Below, piece after piece: positions 20,077 through 29,712 of a DNA stretch of 64,000 bases. A program made the position numbers and the translations under genes. The notes under the pieces are model-generated. The model saw only the letters and a program-made list of their open reading frames with translations, searched no databases and was not told the origin of the DNA. Position 1 is the stretch's first letter. Each line of letters opens with the position of its first letter. This DNA is from an uncultured delta proteobacterium. GTDB taxonomy: Bacteria > Desulfobacterota > Binatia > Binatales > Binataceae. The stretch spans positions 2,048,001 to 2,112,000 of the forward strand of contig CAVXXK010000001.1 of assembly GCA_963765675.1 (NCBI GenBank), given 5' to 3'.

Positions 20077-20694
20077 TTATTCCATCAGGGCTTTAGCGGA
20101 GGGCCGCGATTTCATGCGCTCGTACCAGGTGACGAGATCGCGATGGCGCGGGTCGATACCTATCTCGAGGCGCTTCTGAAATTCGAGCGCGCATAGCCCG
20201 GCGATATCCGCGACCGAAACGCCGCCGTTGACCAGAAACGCGCGTCCTGCCAGCTCGTTGTCGAGCCATTCGTTGTGCCACTCGATTTGCGCGCGCGCTT
20301 CCCGCGCGGCTTTCTGGTTGCGCTCGGGCTCGGGCAGCCGAAACACATTCATCAGCACGGTGCGCAGCGCGGTGATGAACGATCCATCGATCGTCTCCTC
20401 GATCATCCTGACCCGTGCGCGCTCGACCAGGCTGCGCGGCAGCAGCGCGGGCTCGGGGTAGGCTTCGTTCAGATACTCGACGATCGAGGTTGATTCATAA
20501 ATCGGAATCGAATCGATCAGCAGCGTGGGGACGCGGCCGTGCGGATTAAGGCGCAGGTACTGGGGAGTGCGGTTTTCGCCTTTGGCGAGGTCGAGAGCGA
20601 CCTTCTGGCAGGAGATTTTCTTTTCCGCCATCGCGATCCGCACCTTGCGTGCGAACGGCGACTGGATGGTGTGGTACAGAACCAATCTCGGCAT
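20077..20694 (-). CDS. Glutathione S-transferase
   Basis: SPFARKV, LNPHGRVPTL, ESTSIVEYL, SVADI. Confidence 0.92.
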   Translation of the reverse strand: MPRLVLYHTIQSPFARKVRIAMAEKKISCQKVALDLAKGENRTPQYLRLNPHGRVPTLLIDSIPIYESTSIVEYLNEAYPEPALLPRSLVERARVRMIEETIDGSFITALRTVLMNVFRLPEPERNQKAAREARAQIEWHNEWLDNELAGRAFLVNGGVSVADIAGLCALEFQKRLEIGIDPRHRDLVTWYERMKSRPSAKALME

Positions 20695-20830
20695 GATACT
20701 GACTCCCGAGAACGCCTGATGCAGAGACGTGCGGCCTCGCCATCCGCGCGACTGCCTGTTTTCATTTGACGCGCGCTCCACCTGTTAAGTCAATAAAAAA
20801 GTCGCGGCGCAGAAAAAAAACAGAAAAATT

Positions 20831-21622
20831 TCATCTGTGAGCAAGCTCCAGGAAATTCAGTTCGGGTGGGTTCGACACGAACTCGGCGCGCAACCTCTCG
20901 TACGCCGCCAGATCGTCGACGGTGCGCATGTAGCCGTGATGCACGAATCCGAACACGGGCAGGCCGACGCGGACCATCGGGGCCAGCAGTCCGGCCATGA
21001 TGCTCCACGGTGGCGAGGGCGGAATCAGCTTCAGCACGGCAGGCTCGGCGATAATCACTCCGCAGTACATGTACGGCGAAAGGCCCGAGACGGAATCGTC
21101 GATACCCGGGTCCTTGTAATCGTCGTAGGTGCCGCCTGCGACCGACGTTAGCAGGCGCATCCTGCGGATCCTTGAGCTGGCGTCGATCTCGATTTTGCTG
21201 TAATAGCCAAGGTTCTCGGGCCGTGCGAGGGCCAGGGTGGCGAGCGCGCCGCAATCGCGATGAAACGCTATCATCGCGGCCAGATCGAGGTTCAAAATCG
21301 TATCGCTGTTCGCGACTACGAAGGTTCCATCGCCAAGGAATCCCGCCAGTCCGTTGAGCGGGCCGCCGGTCCCGAACAGCGCAGGTTCCGGCGACCATAC
21401 GATGTGGATTCCGAGCCGCGCGCCGGTTCCCAGCTCTGCCTGAATCCCGCCGGCCAGGTGATGGACATTGATCGCGACCTCGGTGATTCCCGCCCGCACG
21501 AGCATCCCGAGCGGATACTCGATAAGCGCACGGCCTCCGACCTGGACCATCGGTTTCGCGACCGTGTCGGTCAGGGGCCGAAGCCGCTCGCCGCGTCCCG
21601 CAGCCAGAACCAGCGCTCTCAT
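20831..21622 (-). CDS. murU: Nucleotidyltransferase, MurU-like
   Basis: LAAGRGERLRPLT..KP, INVHHL, GTGG; ATGA-coupled to the amgK-like gene. Confidence 0.8.
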   Translation of the reverse strand: MRALVLAAGRGERLRPLTDTVAKPMVQVGGRALIEYPLGMLVRAGITEVAINVHHLAGGIQAELGTGARLGIHIVWSPEPALFGTGGPLNGLAGFLGDGTFVVANSDTILNLDLAAMIAFHRDCGALATLALARPENLGYYSKIEIDASSRIRRMRLLTSVAGGTYDDYKDPGIDDSVSGLSPYMYCGVIIAEPAVLKLIPPSPPWSIMAGLLAPMVRVGLPVFGFVHHGYMRTVDDLAAYERLRAEFVSNPPELNFLELAHR

Positions 21623-22692
21623 GGCCGACCCACCGCGCCAAACGCACCCGCCAGGCGCGGAAAACTCTGCTGCTCGGGTCCGGCAAGGATCCGGCGTGTC
21701 TGCGCGACGAGATGCGGAAGGAACGCGGTGTAACTGGATTTGCCTTCGCGCTCGAACAGGATGAACCGGCCGATCATCTTGAGCGCGTGCTGCAGAACGC
21801 ACAGCCGGTAGCTTCGACGAAATTCGTCGGACGAAAGCTGGGCCGCGCCCCGGCGCACCAAGCCGGTGTAGTAGAAATGAAGCAGCTTGTCCTCCAGCGC
21901 GGGAGCGATGATCGTTCCGGCGTCGCGCGTGGTGAGCAATAGGGCCAGATCCTGCGCCGCCGGCGCCATCAGCGCGTCCTGGAAGTCGATAATGCGCAGA
22001 ACGGGGTGCGCGCCGCGTCTTTGTACGTACAGATTGTGGCTGTGGTAGTCGCGATGCGAAAAGACCCGGGGCAGATTCCCCAACTCGCGCGCGAGCGCGT
22101 CCAGTTCCGGCGCCAGCGCGGCCGGATCGGCGCCGGGCGCGACAAGGGCGCATCCGAGGTCGACGAATTCGGTCATTTCCCAACGAAACAGCCTCTCGTC
22201 GTACGCGATTTGCGCGGCGATGCATCGTGCGTCGATTTGCCGGGTTCCGTCGACATGCAGCACAAACAGATTTTCCACCGCGAGCCGCAACAGATCGGCG
22301 CTGTCGGCCCCGCCCGCGCGCAAGATATCGAACAGTGCGACTTCGCCTACATCTTCGACGAGAATTGCGCGCTGCGTCGCCTCGAACGCATACAGCGCGG
22401 GTACAGGAGCGCCGAGCGCGGTCAGAAATCGATGCAGGTTTATCCACGGAGGCTCGGACACAGGCTCGCGCATCAGGCCGAGCACGCGAACGTAGCGGGG
22501 CAGGTCGTCCGGCCCGAGATCAACCAGGATAGCGCTGGCGGGGTCGGCACCGGGCGCAAAGCGTAGGCGCCAGAAGCGGCGCGCGGAAGCGTCGCCACGC
22601 AGCAAATCGATCTCGGCGGTCTTTGCGCCGGGCCATCTGCGCGAAGCCTCGGTACGCGCCCAGGCTATGCGCTGCGCGTCAACTGTATCCAT
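21619..22692 (-). CDS. amgK: Anomeric MurNAc/GlcNAc kinase (APH family)
   Basis: GDASARRFWR, HRDYHSHN, IDFQDA; paired with murU. Confidence 0.85.
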   Translation of the reverse strand: MDTVDAQRIAWARTEASRRWPGAKTAEIDLLRGDASARRFWRLRFAPGADPASAILVDLGPDDLPRYVRVLGLMREPVSEPPWINLHRFLTALGAPVPALYAFEATQRAILVEDVGEVALFDILRAGGADSADLLRLAVENLFVLHVDGTRQIDARCIAAQIAYDERLFRWEMTEFVDLGCALVAPGADPAALAPELDALARELGNLPRVFSHRDYHSHNLYVQRRGAHPVLRIIDFQDALMAPAAQDLALLLTTRDAGTIIAPALEDKLLHFYYTGLVRRGAAQLSSDEFRRSYRLCVLQHALKMIGRFILFEREGKSSYTAFLPHLVAQTRRILAGPEQQSFPRLAGAFGAVGRP

Positions 22693-22746
22693 CGATCAGG
22701 ATTCTATCGGCGTGCGTGCGGATATGCAGCACGCGAAGCGCAAGCG

Positions 22747-22781
22747 AAAAAAACCGGCGCAGCCTCTTGGGCTGCGCCGGT
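22747..22781 (-). terminator. Rho-independent terminator after the DUF1329 gene
   Basis: Minus strand ACCGGCGCAGCC-CAAGA-GGCTGCGCCGGT followed by a T run. Confidence 0.85.
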
Positions 22782-22811
22782 CATCTACTTGCAACTCAGT
22801 TGCGCGTCGAG

Positions 22812-24110
22812 TTAGCGGCGGGACGCTTTCACGATCGCCATCGGATCGAAGAACGCCCGATCCACCGCGCCCATGTTGATATACCAGCACTCTTTTTCGG
22901 CGGTCGAATAGCCAGGATGGTAGCAGACCGTCGAGAGGCCCGACTGAACATCGGTGGACGACGAACCGCTCTGGAACAGCCGCTTGAACGGGTAGATCGC
23001 GATGCGCGCCTGAGGCGTCACCCGGTCAGCGTATTTCAGCCACGAGGTGTAGTTGATGAAAAGCTGGCCGCGGCGGTCGTACTGGTCCTGATACATCCCG
23101 AAGTCGGCTTCGGAATCGATATACAGAATATGCTTGGAGTAAAGGTCGCCAGGCAGCCGGTCATGGCGAGCAATACCCTGAAGGATATAGAGATGGCGCA
23201 TTTGCCAGTCGGCTGGGCAATGGCTTGCGCCGCCGTCAGTCGCACAGGTACGTGCGGGCATCACCGGGTCGTCGATCGGCGCCAGCATCTCCTTTTCGCC
23301 CAGATACTTCCAATCGTAGTTCTCGTTTTTGCCGGCGAAACACTCGAAATCGTCGGGGCTGTAAGACTCCGGACCCGCATCCTGAGCCGTGCTCATCAGG
23401 CTGTCGTTGAGTCGGCGCAGACGCTGAGCCGATGGAGTATAGGTGTATGCGTCGTCGGCCCTGTTAGGAGCGGCGTAGCGGTAGCGGATGAAGCCGGCAC
23501 CGGCGCCGTCCTGGGGCGAAAGCTGCGGATACAGGCCGGTCATCGAGTATCGCCCCGAGACCGGAAAATCGGGATCAACCGGTAGTGGCTCGACCTCGGT
23601 ACGACCGACTTCGTTGTATCCGGCATAGTGGCCTACCGAGTAGTACCAGAGCACCTTGTAGGGTCTATTGAGTCCGGCGTACACGCTTTCGCAGTCGAAA
23701 AAGCGCAGATCGTAGTCGTCGGTCGAGATCGGGCGGAAGAAGTAGTTCCACATGATCTTGTTCGCAACGTCTGGATCGTTCGGGTCGAGCAGTGGGAATG
23801 GTTGCCCGGCAACGTAGCCGACCAGTGAACGATGATCGCTGCTCAGGCGCACCTGCGGCGAATATTTCTCCGTCGCCTCATTGTACGGCGGCGGCCAATC
23901 GATCCGCTCAGTCGGGACGATTTTCATCGTCATTCCGCTTTGCACGCGCCAGTAAACGCCCGGCGAAACCAGGTCCTTAACCTTGTAAGCATTCTGGACA
24001 CTGATGTAATCGCCCGGCTTGACCTGCGCCGAGGCCGGCGCTGCGGTCACCAACAGCATCGACGCGAAACCGATTACCAAGGAAATAAGTGAACTTCTCG
24101 CACGGTCCAT
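22812..24110 (-). CDS. DUF1329 domain secreted protein
   Basis: Signal peptide, YVAGQPFP..DPND....KIMWN, YTPSAQRLRR, YSKHILYID, YDRRGQL. Confidence 0.85.
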   Translation of the reverse strand: MDRARSSLISLVIGFASMLLVTAAPASAQVKPGDYISVQNAYKVKDLVSPGVYWRVQSGMTMKIVPTERIDWPPPYNEATEKYSPQVRLSSDHRSLVGYVAGQPFPLLDPNDPDVANKIMWNYFFRPISTDDYDLRFFDCESVYAGLNRPYKVLWYYSVGHYAGYNEVGRTEVEPLPVDPDFPVSGRYSMTGLYPQLSPQDGAGAGFIRYRYAAPNRADDAYTYTPSAQRLRRLNDSLMSTAQDAGPESYSPDDFECFAGKNENYDWKYLGEKEMLAPIDDPVMPARTCATDGGASHCPADWQMRHLYILQGIARHDRLPGDLYSKHILYIDSEADFGMYQDQYDRRGQLFINYTSWLKYADRVTPQARIAIYPFKRLFQSGSSSTDVQSGLSTVCYHPGYSTAEKECWYINMGAVDRAFFDPMAIVKASRR

Positions 24111-24532
24111 AGTGACCCCCTCTCCAGCACGATGCCGGAGGTTGATGGATGTTCCCCGAAATCCCCGATGTTACGGCTTCCTCATTAGTCAGATTACTTT
24201 AAAATGTCAACGGAGCTGATCAGACCGCTGGCGCTACAGCCGTCAAAGATCGTAAATACTCAAGAAATAAGGACTTTTCCGATTTTCCGGCGATGCTGCC
24301 GACGCAACGTCGGGGACTCTTAAAGGATAAGCGAGCGACCCGAGCCGCTGAATGATAACTTATGTTAGGTAGAAGCTCATTCCTGAACGATCGGTATGTG
24401 CCGCCGATGGGTTCTCCGGCCAACTTTGCGATCGCCGGTTGGTAAAGCGCATTCTCATCCGGTATTAATTGCGATACTAATTGAAGTTGAGCCGCCTCGC
24501 GCATCCTTCGGGATCGGCGGCAGTAGAAACAG

Positions 24533-24886
24533 ATGACGACTTGGTTTCCGGTTCTCGTAACCTTTATTTTCGCCGCGATCGTCGTGGGCGTGATGGTCTC
24601 GATCAATTCGATCATCGGGCCCAAGCGGCCGAGCGCGATCAAGAGCGAGGCGTTTGAGTGCGGCAACCCGTCGAGCGGCAGCGCATGGGGACGGTTTTCG
24701 GTTCGTTTTTATCTGACCGCCCTGCTGTTCCTGATTTTCGACGTGGACCTGGTCTTCCTCTATCCGTGGGCGGTTGAAATCCGCAAACTCGGGATGTTTG
24801 GGTTCGTCGAGGCGGTGGTTTTCATCGCGATCCTTGCGGTCGGATTGATTTACGCGTGGCAGCGCGGCGCGCTCGATTGGGACTAG
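24533..24886 (+). CDS. nuoA: NADH-quinone oxidoreductase subunit A
   Basis: FECG, RFSVRFY, FDVD..FLYPWA, GALDW. Confidence 0.95.
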   Translation: MTTWFPVLVTFIFAAIVVGVMVSINSIIGPKRPSAIKSEAFECGNPSSGSAWGRFSVRFYLTALLFLIFDVDLVFLYPWAVEIRKLGMFGFVEAVVFIAILAVGLIYAWQRGALDWD

Positions 24887-24965
24887 ACTTGAGGGTCCGC
24901 GCGATCACGACGAAGGCCGCGTCCAGCGGACCGCGGCGAATGCGTCAGCGCGCGAGAATGAAATC

Positions 24966-25466
24966 ATGCTTATCGAAAAACTAAAGGAACGCTTCGGCGC
25001 CGCGATTTCCGAGGCCGGAACCACGCACGGTCAGGATTTCATCGTCGTCGCGCGCGAAAATGCGCTCGAGGTTCTGCGCGCATTGGCTACCGAAGCGGGC
25101 TTCGAGTTCAACTCGCTATCAGACCTCACGGCGGTGGACTGGCCCGAGCGCAATCCGCGCTTCGAGGTGGTCTACAACCTCAACTCGCTTACGCGGAACC
25201 ATCGCGTGCGCGTCAAGGTGGCGGTTCCCGGCGACGACGCATCGATTCCCAGCGCGGTCGCCATATGGAAGGCGGCGGATTGGCTCGAGCGCGAATGCTA
25301 CGACATGTTTGGAATCGTGTTCAGCGGGCATCCGGATTTGCGCCGCATTCTGCTCTACGACACTTTCGAGGGCCATCCGCTGCGCAAGGACTACCCGTAC
25401 CGCAAGCGCCAGCCGATCGTGCCCGAAGTCGATGCGATCGTGAAACCGATTCCGATGTCGCGATAG
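24966..25466 (+). CDS. nuoC: NADH-quinone oxidoreductase subunit C
   Basis: RFEVVY, ERECYDMFGI.F.GHPDLRRIL, GHPLRKDYP. Confidence 0.95.
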   Translation: MLIEKLKERFGAAISEAGTTHGQDFIVVARENALEVLRALATEAGFEFNSLSDLTAVDWPERNPRFEVVYNLNSLTRNHRVRVKVAVPGDDASIPSAVAIWKAADWLERECYDMFGIVFSGHPDLRRILLYDTFEGHPLRKDYPYRKRQPIVPEVDAIVKPIPMSR

Positions 25467-25484
25467 ACCGCCTGAGAAAAGCCG

Positions 25485-26699
25485 ATGCCCTTACCCGCTC
25501 GCTGGAAAAACAAGCTCGAGGCCGCGGACCCCGCCGACGAGGTGATGGAGATCCAGATGGGGCCGTCGCATCCGGCGTCGCACGGCACTATCAAGTTCAA
25601 TCTCAAGCTCGACGGCGAACGGATTGTCGATTGCGATGTCGAGGTCGGCTACCTGCATCGTGGGTTCGAAAAGATGTGCGAGCAGGGGACCTGGACCCAG
25701 GCGTTTCCCTACACCGACCGGCTGAATTACGCGTCGCCCTGCATCAACAACGTCGCCTTCGCGCTGGCGGTCGAGAATCTGCTCGATCTCGAGATCACCG
25801 AGCGATGCAAATACGTGCGCGTGATCATGAGCGAGGTCTCGCGTATCGCCGACCATCTCACCTGTCTCGGGATGGCGTCCGGCGAGGTCGGCGCGCAGAC
25901 CGTGATGTTCTACATGCTCGAGGCGCGCGAGTTCCTGTACGACCTGATCGAGGCGGTGACCGGCGCGCGGCTGACTATCACGTGGTGCAGGGTCGGCGGC
26001 CTCGCAACCGACCTGCCGGCTGATTTTTCCGAGCGGATTCGCGCGTCGTTCAAGTGCCTGGATTCGGTCATGTCCGATTGCGACAAGCTGCTATCGCGCA
26101 ACCGCGTGTTTGTCGATCGGATGAGCGACATCGGCATCATCCCGCGCGAGGATGCGATCTCCTATGGCCTCACCGGGCCGTTGCTGCGCGCGTCGGGCGT
26201 GTCATACGACGTGCGCAAGGCGCATCCCTACCTGGTTTACGATCGCTTCGATTTCGACATCCCAATCGGCGAGCGCGGCGACAACTACGACCGCTTCAAC
26301 GTCCGCTTCCAGGAGATCGCGCAGTCGCGCAGGATTATCGAGCAGGCGATGGCTTCGATTCCCGAGGGTCCCGTATCGATCGACAATCCGCGCGTCGTGA
26401 TGCCGCCCAAGGAGCGCGTGTACAACTCGATCGAAGGTTTGATGAACCACTTCAAGCTGGTGATGGAAGGAATCAAGGTGCCGCCGGGCGAGACCTATAC
26501 CGCGGTCGAGGGCGCCAACGGCGAATTGGGCTTCTACGTGGTCAGCGACGGCAGCGGGCGGCCGTACCGGGTGCGGGTGCGTCCGCCATGCTTTTTCGGG
26601 ATGGGGGCGCTTGGTCAGATGCTTATCGGGCATATGATCCCCGATGTCATCACGACTTTTGGCATGATCAACATGATCGGCGGCGAATGCGATCGTTGA
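25485..26699 (+). CDS. nuoD: NADH-quinone oxidoreductase subunit D
   Basis: MGPSHPASHG, GYLHRGFEK, TDRLNY, GELG, C-terminal GECDR. Confidence 0.96.
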   Translation: MPLPARWKNKLEAADPADEVMEIQMGPSHPASHGTIKFNLKLDGERIVDCDVEVGYLHRGFEKMCEQGTWTQAFPYTDRLNYASPCINNVAFALAVENLLDLEITERCKYVRVIMSEVSRIADHLTCLGMASGEVGAQTVMFYMLEAREFLYDLIEAVTGARLTITWCRVGGLATDLPADFSERIRASFKCLDSVMSDCDKLLSRNRVFVDRMSDIGIIPREDAISYGLTGPLLRASGVSYDVRKAHPYLVYDRFDFDIPIGERGDNYDRFNVRFQEIAQSRRIIEQAMASIPEGPVSIDNPRVVMPPKERVYNSIEGLMNHFKLVMEGIKVPPGETYTAVEGANGELGFYVVSDGSGRPYRVRVRPPCFFGMGALGQMLIGHMIPDVITTFGMINMIGGECDR

Positions 26700-26718
26700 G
26701 CTATTAGTTGAGCTATTA
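26695..26718. repeat. Perfect 12-bp tandem duplication over the nuoD stop codon
   Basis: GTTGAGCTATTA at 26695-26706 and 26707-26718. Confidence 0.85.
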
Positions 26719-26857
26719 AACGTCCGTTAATCTGCCCGATTGCGCCGTCTCTGCCGGTTTTGCTAACCATAAATAGGGGCCGTCTCTGCCGGGCTGTAAC
26801 ATGCGGCTGCGGTGTCTACCGGAGACAGGCAGGGGAATCAGTTCTCGGCGGTGGGAG

Positions 26858-27853
26858 ATGAGAGCATTCGCCATTCGTACGCTTGCGTTACTGATCGTGC
26901 TGCTGCTTCCTGTGGCGGCGCATGCGCAGGCGTTTTCGCAAGGTTTCGAGACCGATACCAGCGGCTGGTATAACCAGGGCAACGGCAGTATCACCCGCGT
27001 TCCATCCGGCTTTTCGACCGGAGGCGGTTATGCGGACGCGATAAACTCGGCCCAAGGCAGTGATCACGCGCGCCTGCACGTCGATCCTGCCGCCAACTTC
27101 GGCAACGCCGGCAATCCCGAATGCGCTCCCGGCTCGAAGGATTGCATCGGGCCTTATACGGATTGGGGTCTCTCGTTTTCGGCCGGCCGCTTCCCTACCG
27201 GCGGAGTTTCGACCTCGGCGGATATCTACCTCGATACGGCGTTTGCCGCCGCGCACAAGGACTACCGCTTCGATTGGGACTCGGCGCTGAACGACTCGAC
27301 GGGACAGTTCCTGCAGGATTACGTGTTCAACGCCGGCACCGCGGTCCCGAACGATCCGTGCATCGAGTCGGGAGTTGCGACCGGTAATTCGCATTTCGTG
27401 ATTGCCGCCTCGACCAATGCGCTGCGCGAAAGTTCATCCCCCGAGGATCCGAATCACAACCCGCAGTGCATCACGGCTTCGGGATGGTACACGTTCCAGC
27501 ATGTCTTCAAGCCCGACGCGAATGGCAATCTTGAAGTCGACATGACGATCACGAATAAGCAGACGGGCGCCGTCGCGGCGAGCTGGACGCTGCATCCGAA
27601 CTGCGAGATGCCGCAATCGCTCGGTCTATGCTCTGAGGGCCAGCCTCTGCCGGTATCCGCGGTGGGCGGGAACGCCTATGGATGGTTCGCGAACCAGGAG
27701 ATCGATCAGCTCGCACTAGACGATACCGCTCTGCACACGCTCCAGCCGCAGTTGATCAAAGACTGCAAAGACGGCGGATGGAAAAATTTCAGCGACCCGC
27801 CGTTCAAGAATCAAGGCCAATGCGCTTCCTTCGTCGAGCACCAGGGCGACTGA
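26858..27853 (+). CDS. Secreted hypothetical protein, Cys-rich, with C-terminal CKxGGW...FKNQGxC motif
   Basis: GGGAG RBS, signal peptide ending AHA, beta-rich body, C-terminal DCKDGGWKNFSDPPFKNQGQCASF. Confidence 0.75.
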   Translation: MRAFAIRTLALLIVLLLPVAAHAQAFSQGFETDTSGWYNQGNGSITRVPSGFSTGGGYADAINSAQGSDHARLHVDPAANFGNAGNPECAPGSKDCIGPYTDWGLSFSAGRFPTGGVSTSADIYLDTAFAAAHKDYRFDWDSALNDSTGQFLQDYVFNAGTAVPNDPCIESGVATGNSHFVIAASTNALRESSSPEDPNHNPQCITASGWYTFQHVFKPDANGNLEVDMTITNKQTGAVAASWTLHPNCEMPQSLGLCSEGQPLPVSAVGGNAYGWFANQEIDQLALDDTALHTLQPQLIKDCKDGGWKNFSDPPFKNQGQCASFVEHQGD

Positions 27854-28250
27854 CGGCGATCTGCTAGCTACGGAACGCACGGATTCTGCCACCTGAAGGT
27901 TGTTGCGGACCAAATCTAAGCAGTGCCCGAACGGATCAGAGAATGCTGGTGGTAGTGGTGGTCGTGGTGCGCATATCTTAGTACGCCACATGGCATTCAC
28001 ACTCAGAGCCTGATCGGCGATCTGGGACGTCGAAGCGATCGCACTGACGAAAAAATCAGGATTTCGAGCTGCCACGACTCTCGATTTCGAGGTGCGGACA
28101 CTAGCGAATGCCTGCATATCGGAGGAGCTCCTGCGGTTCCCGCTTCGCCGCGCTCAAATGGCGCGCTGTCACTCTACTACAAGCGCGTAAGGCGTTTTCG
28201 CTTCACTTAGTCACGGTCGCAGGTTCCGCTCCGAAAAGCGCTGTGTGGAA

Positions 28251-28802
28251 CTAATTTTCGCTGTTCAAGATTTTTTCAATCAAGTCCTTGCGACGATTAA
28301 AATACCAACCTGAATAGAGCGCAAGCAATGTCCCTCCGCCAAATACTGCCATTTCGGTTGCGAACGCGGAGCCACCGATAAAGTAGTATGCTGCGCAAGC
28401 ATCTAGAAAGCAGAGGCCGGAGATAATTGCTAGTGTTTTCCCTTGACGGTTTGAAAGGACAAAAATTCCGACTAAAATCGAAAGTACCGCTGCATGAACC
28501 CCCAATAACAACGGTCGCACAAAAACCACGCAGCCCACGGCGGCCGAGATTAGTAGTAGGAGAAATAGACCTTTCCCGTAAATTAACGATCTGCTCGCGG
28601 GCGTTCCACGATTTCGTCTGATAAGAGCTATTGTCCATCCTATGATTCCGCCGCCACATACAAAGATCGCTTGTACCCCGACAAAATCTCGAATGCTAAA
28701 CGCGGTCACTACAACAAGACCCACGCCAGCTCCTAACACGACCCCCAAGAGCATGAAGACCAGAAACGAAAGCCCCAGCGCATCGTTCCGCAAACTATTC
28801 AT
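28251..28802 (-). CDS. Multi-pass membrane protein, candidate RHS immunity protein
   Basis: About six hydrophobic segments, AT-rich, starts 20 nt after the RHS-CT stop. Confidence 0.65.
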   Translation of the reverse strand: MNSLRNDALGLSFLVFMLLGVVLGAGVGLVVVTAFSIRDFVGVQAIFVCGGGIIGWTIALIRRNRGTPASRSLIYGKGLFLLLLISAAVGCVVFVRPLLLGVHAAVLSILVGIFVLSNRQGKTLAIISGLCFLDACAAYYFIGGSAFATEMAVFGGGTLLALYSGWYFNRRKDLIEKILNSEN

Positions 28803-28822
28803 CGTTAGTCACCAATACCGAA

Positions 28823-29690
28823 CTATGGAGTTCCCGGTAAAGTCGGCAGATCTGGGAGATATCCTAGCTCACTGAAAGTCAAAGCAGAGCCATAAATCAG
28901 ACCAGCCAAAGCGCCTAAGCCCGCTCCCGCACCGATGAATGCGGGATTACCCGTAATTATCGCCAACGCGATGTCTACATCCATTCCGTATTGATACCCT
29001 GCTATGCCGTATACTGTCACGTTAGTAACCATCAGGACTGTCATTCCTACCGGGGTGTTGCCAGGTTGTTGTATCGGGCCGGGCTGAACGGCAATCTGGC
29101 TGCTTCCCGTTGGGACCTGAACCCCATTGTAGGTTACAAGGCCATCGTAACCTACCCACCTCTGGTTTTTGTTATCCCAACTCCAAGTCGTCGGTGGCGG
29201 CGAGCCACTTCCTCCGCTGCTACCGCTTTTGAGTCCCAGCGGATCCTTCCAGTCCGTCGGTTGGTTGAAGACGTACGCGTAGAAATTTACCTGGCCGCCA
29301 GAAAGACCGATCGGGTCTGGAGAGATGAAACGCTGCGCGATGGGGTTGTAGTAGCGCGAACGCAGGAAATAAAGCCCCGTCGAATCCATCTCTCGCCCCG
29401 TGTACTGAAATGCGTTTGTGCTAGCAGTTCCGCTCGTCGTCGTCTGGCCGAACGGTCCGTACGCGTAATTCCTCCCGATCGCTCCCGAGGAGTTCACTAA
29501 CCCAAGTGTCGAGCCGAGCAGATCTGGCAAAATCGTCGAAGTTCCAGATAAGTCGACGCGCGAGAAATATTGGTCGAGCCCCATTCCAGGCAGCATGTCG
29601 CCCCCCTCAGGTTGAGAACCGCTCTTGCGCAACATTCAAAAGATCATAGACATACTGCATGGTCAAGTTTCTTGCCGTCTGCCAGGCGGT
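28823..29690 (-). pseudogene. Orphan RHS module: truncated RHS core plus C-terminal toxin domain (intact ORF from about 29596)
   Basis: DLLGST, YAYGPFG, FQYTGREMDSTGLYFLRSRYYNP, RFISPDPIG, YAYVFNQP..WKDPLGL; degenerate MQYVYDLLNVAQE upstream in another frame. Confidence 0.85.
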
Positions 29691-29712
29691 TGATCGCGAT
29701 CCGATAGATAGT

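Noticed and set aside
24181-24210. Minus-strand TTGACA upstream of the DUF1329 gene
   Set aside because: Perfect -35 but poor -10 (TAATGA); plausible but unsupported.
24290-24350. GACGCAA segment suggestive of a c-di-GMP-I riboswitch upstream of nuoA
   Set aside because: Lacks the GGCAAA/GAAA-tetraloop stem; only a short CCGACG/CGTCGG hairpin.
27716-28117. 133-aa minus-strand ORF in the AT-richer gap
   Set aside because: Overlaps the secreted gene, has no recognisable motif or RBS; probably decayed or non-coding DNA.
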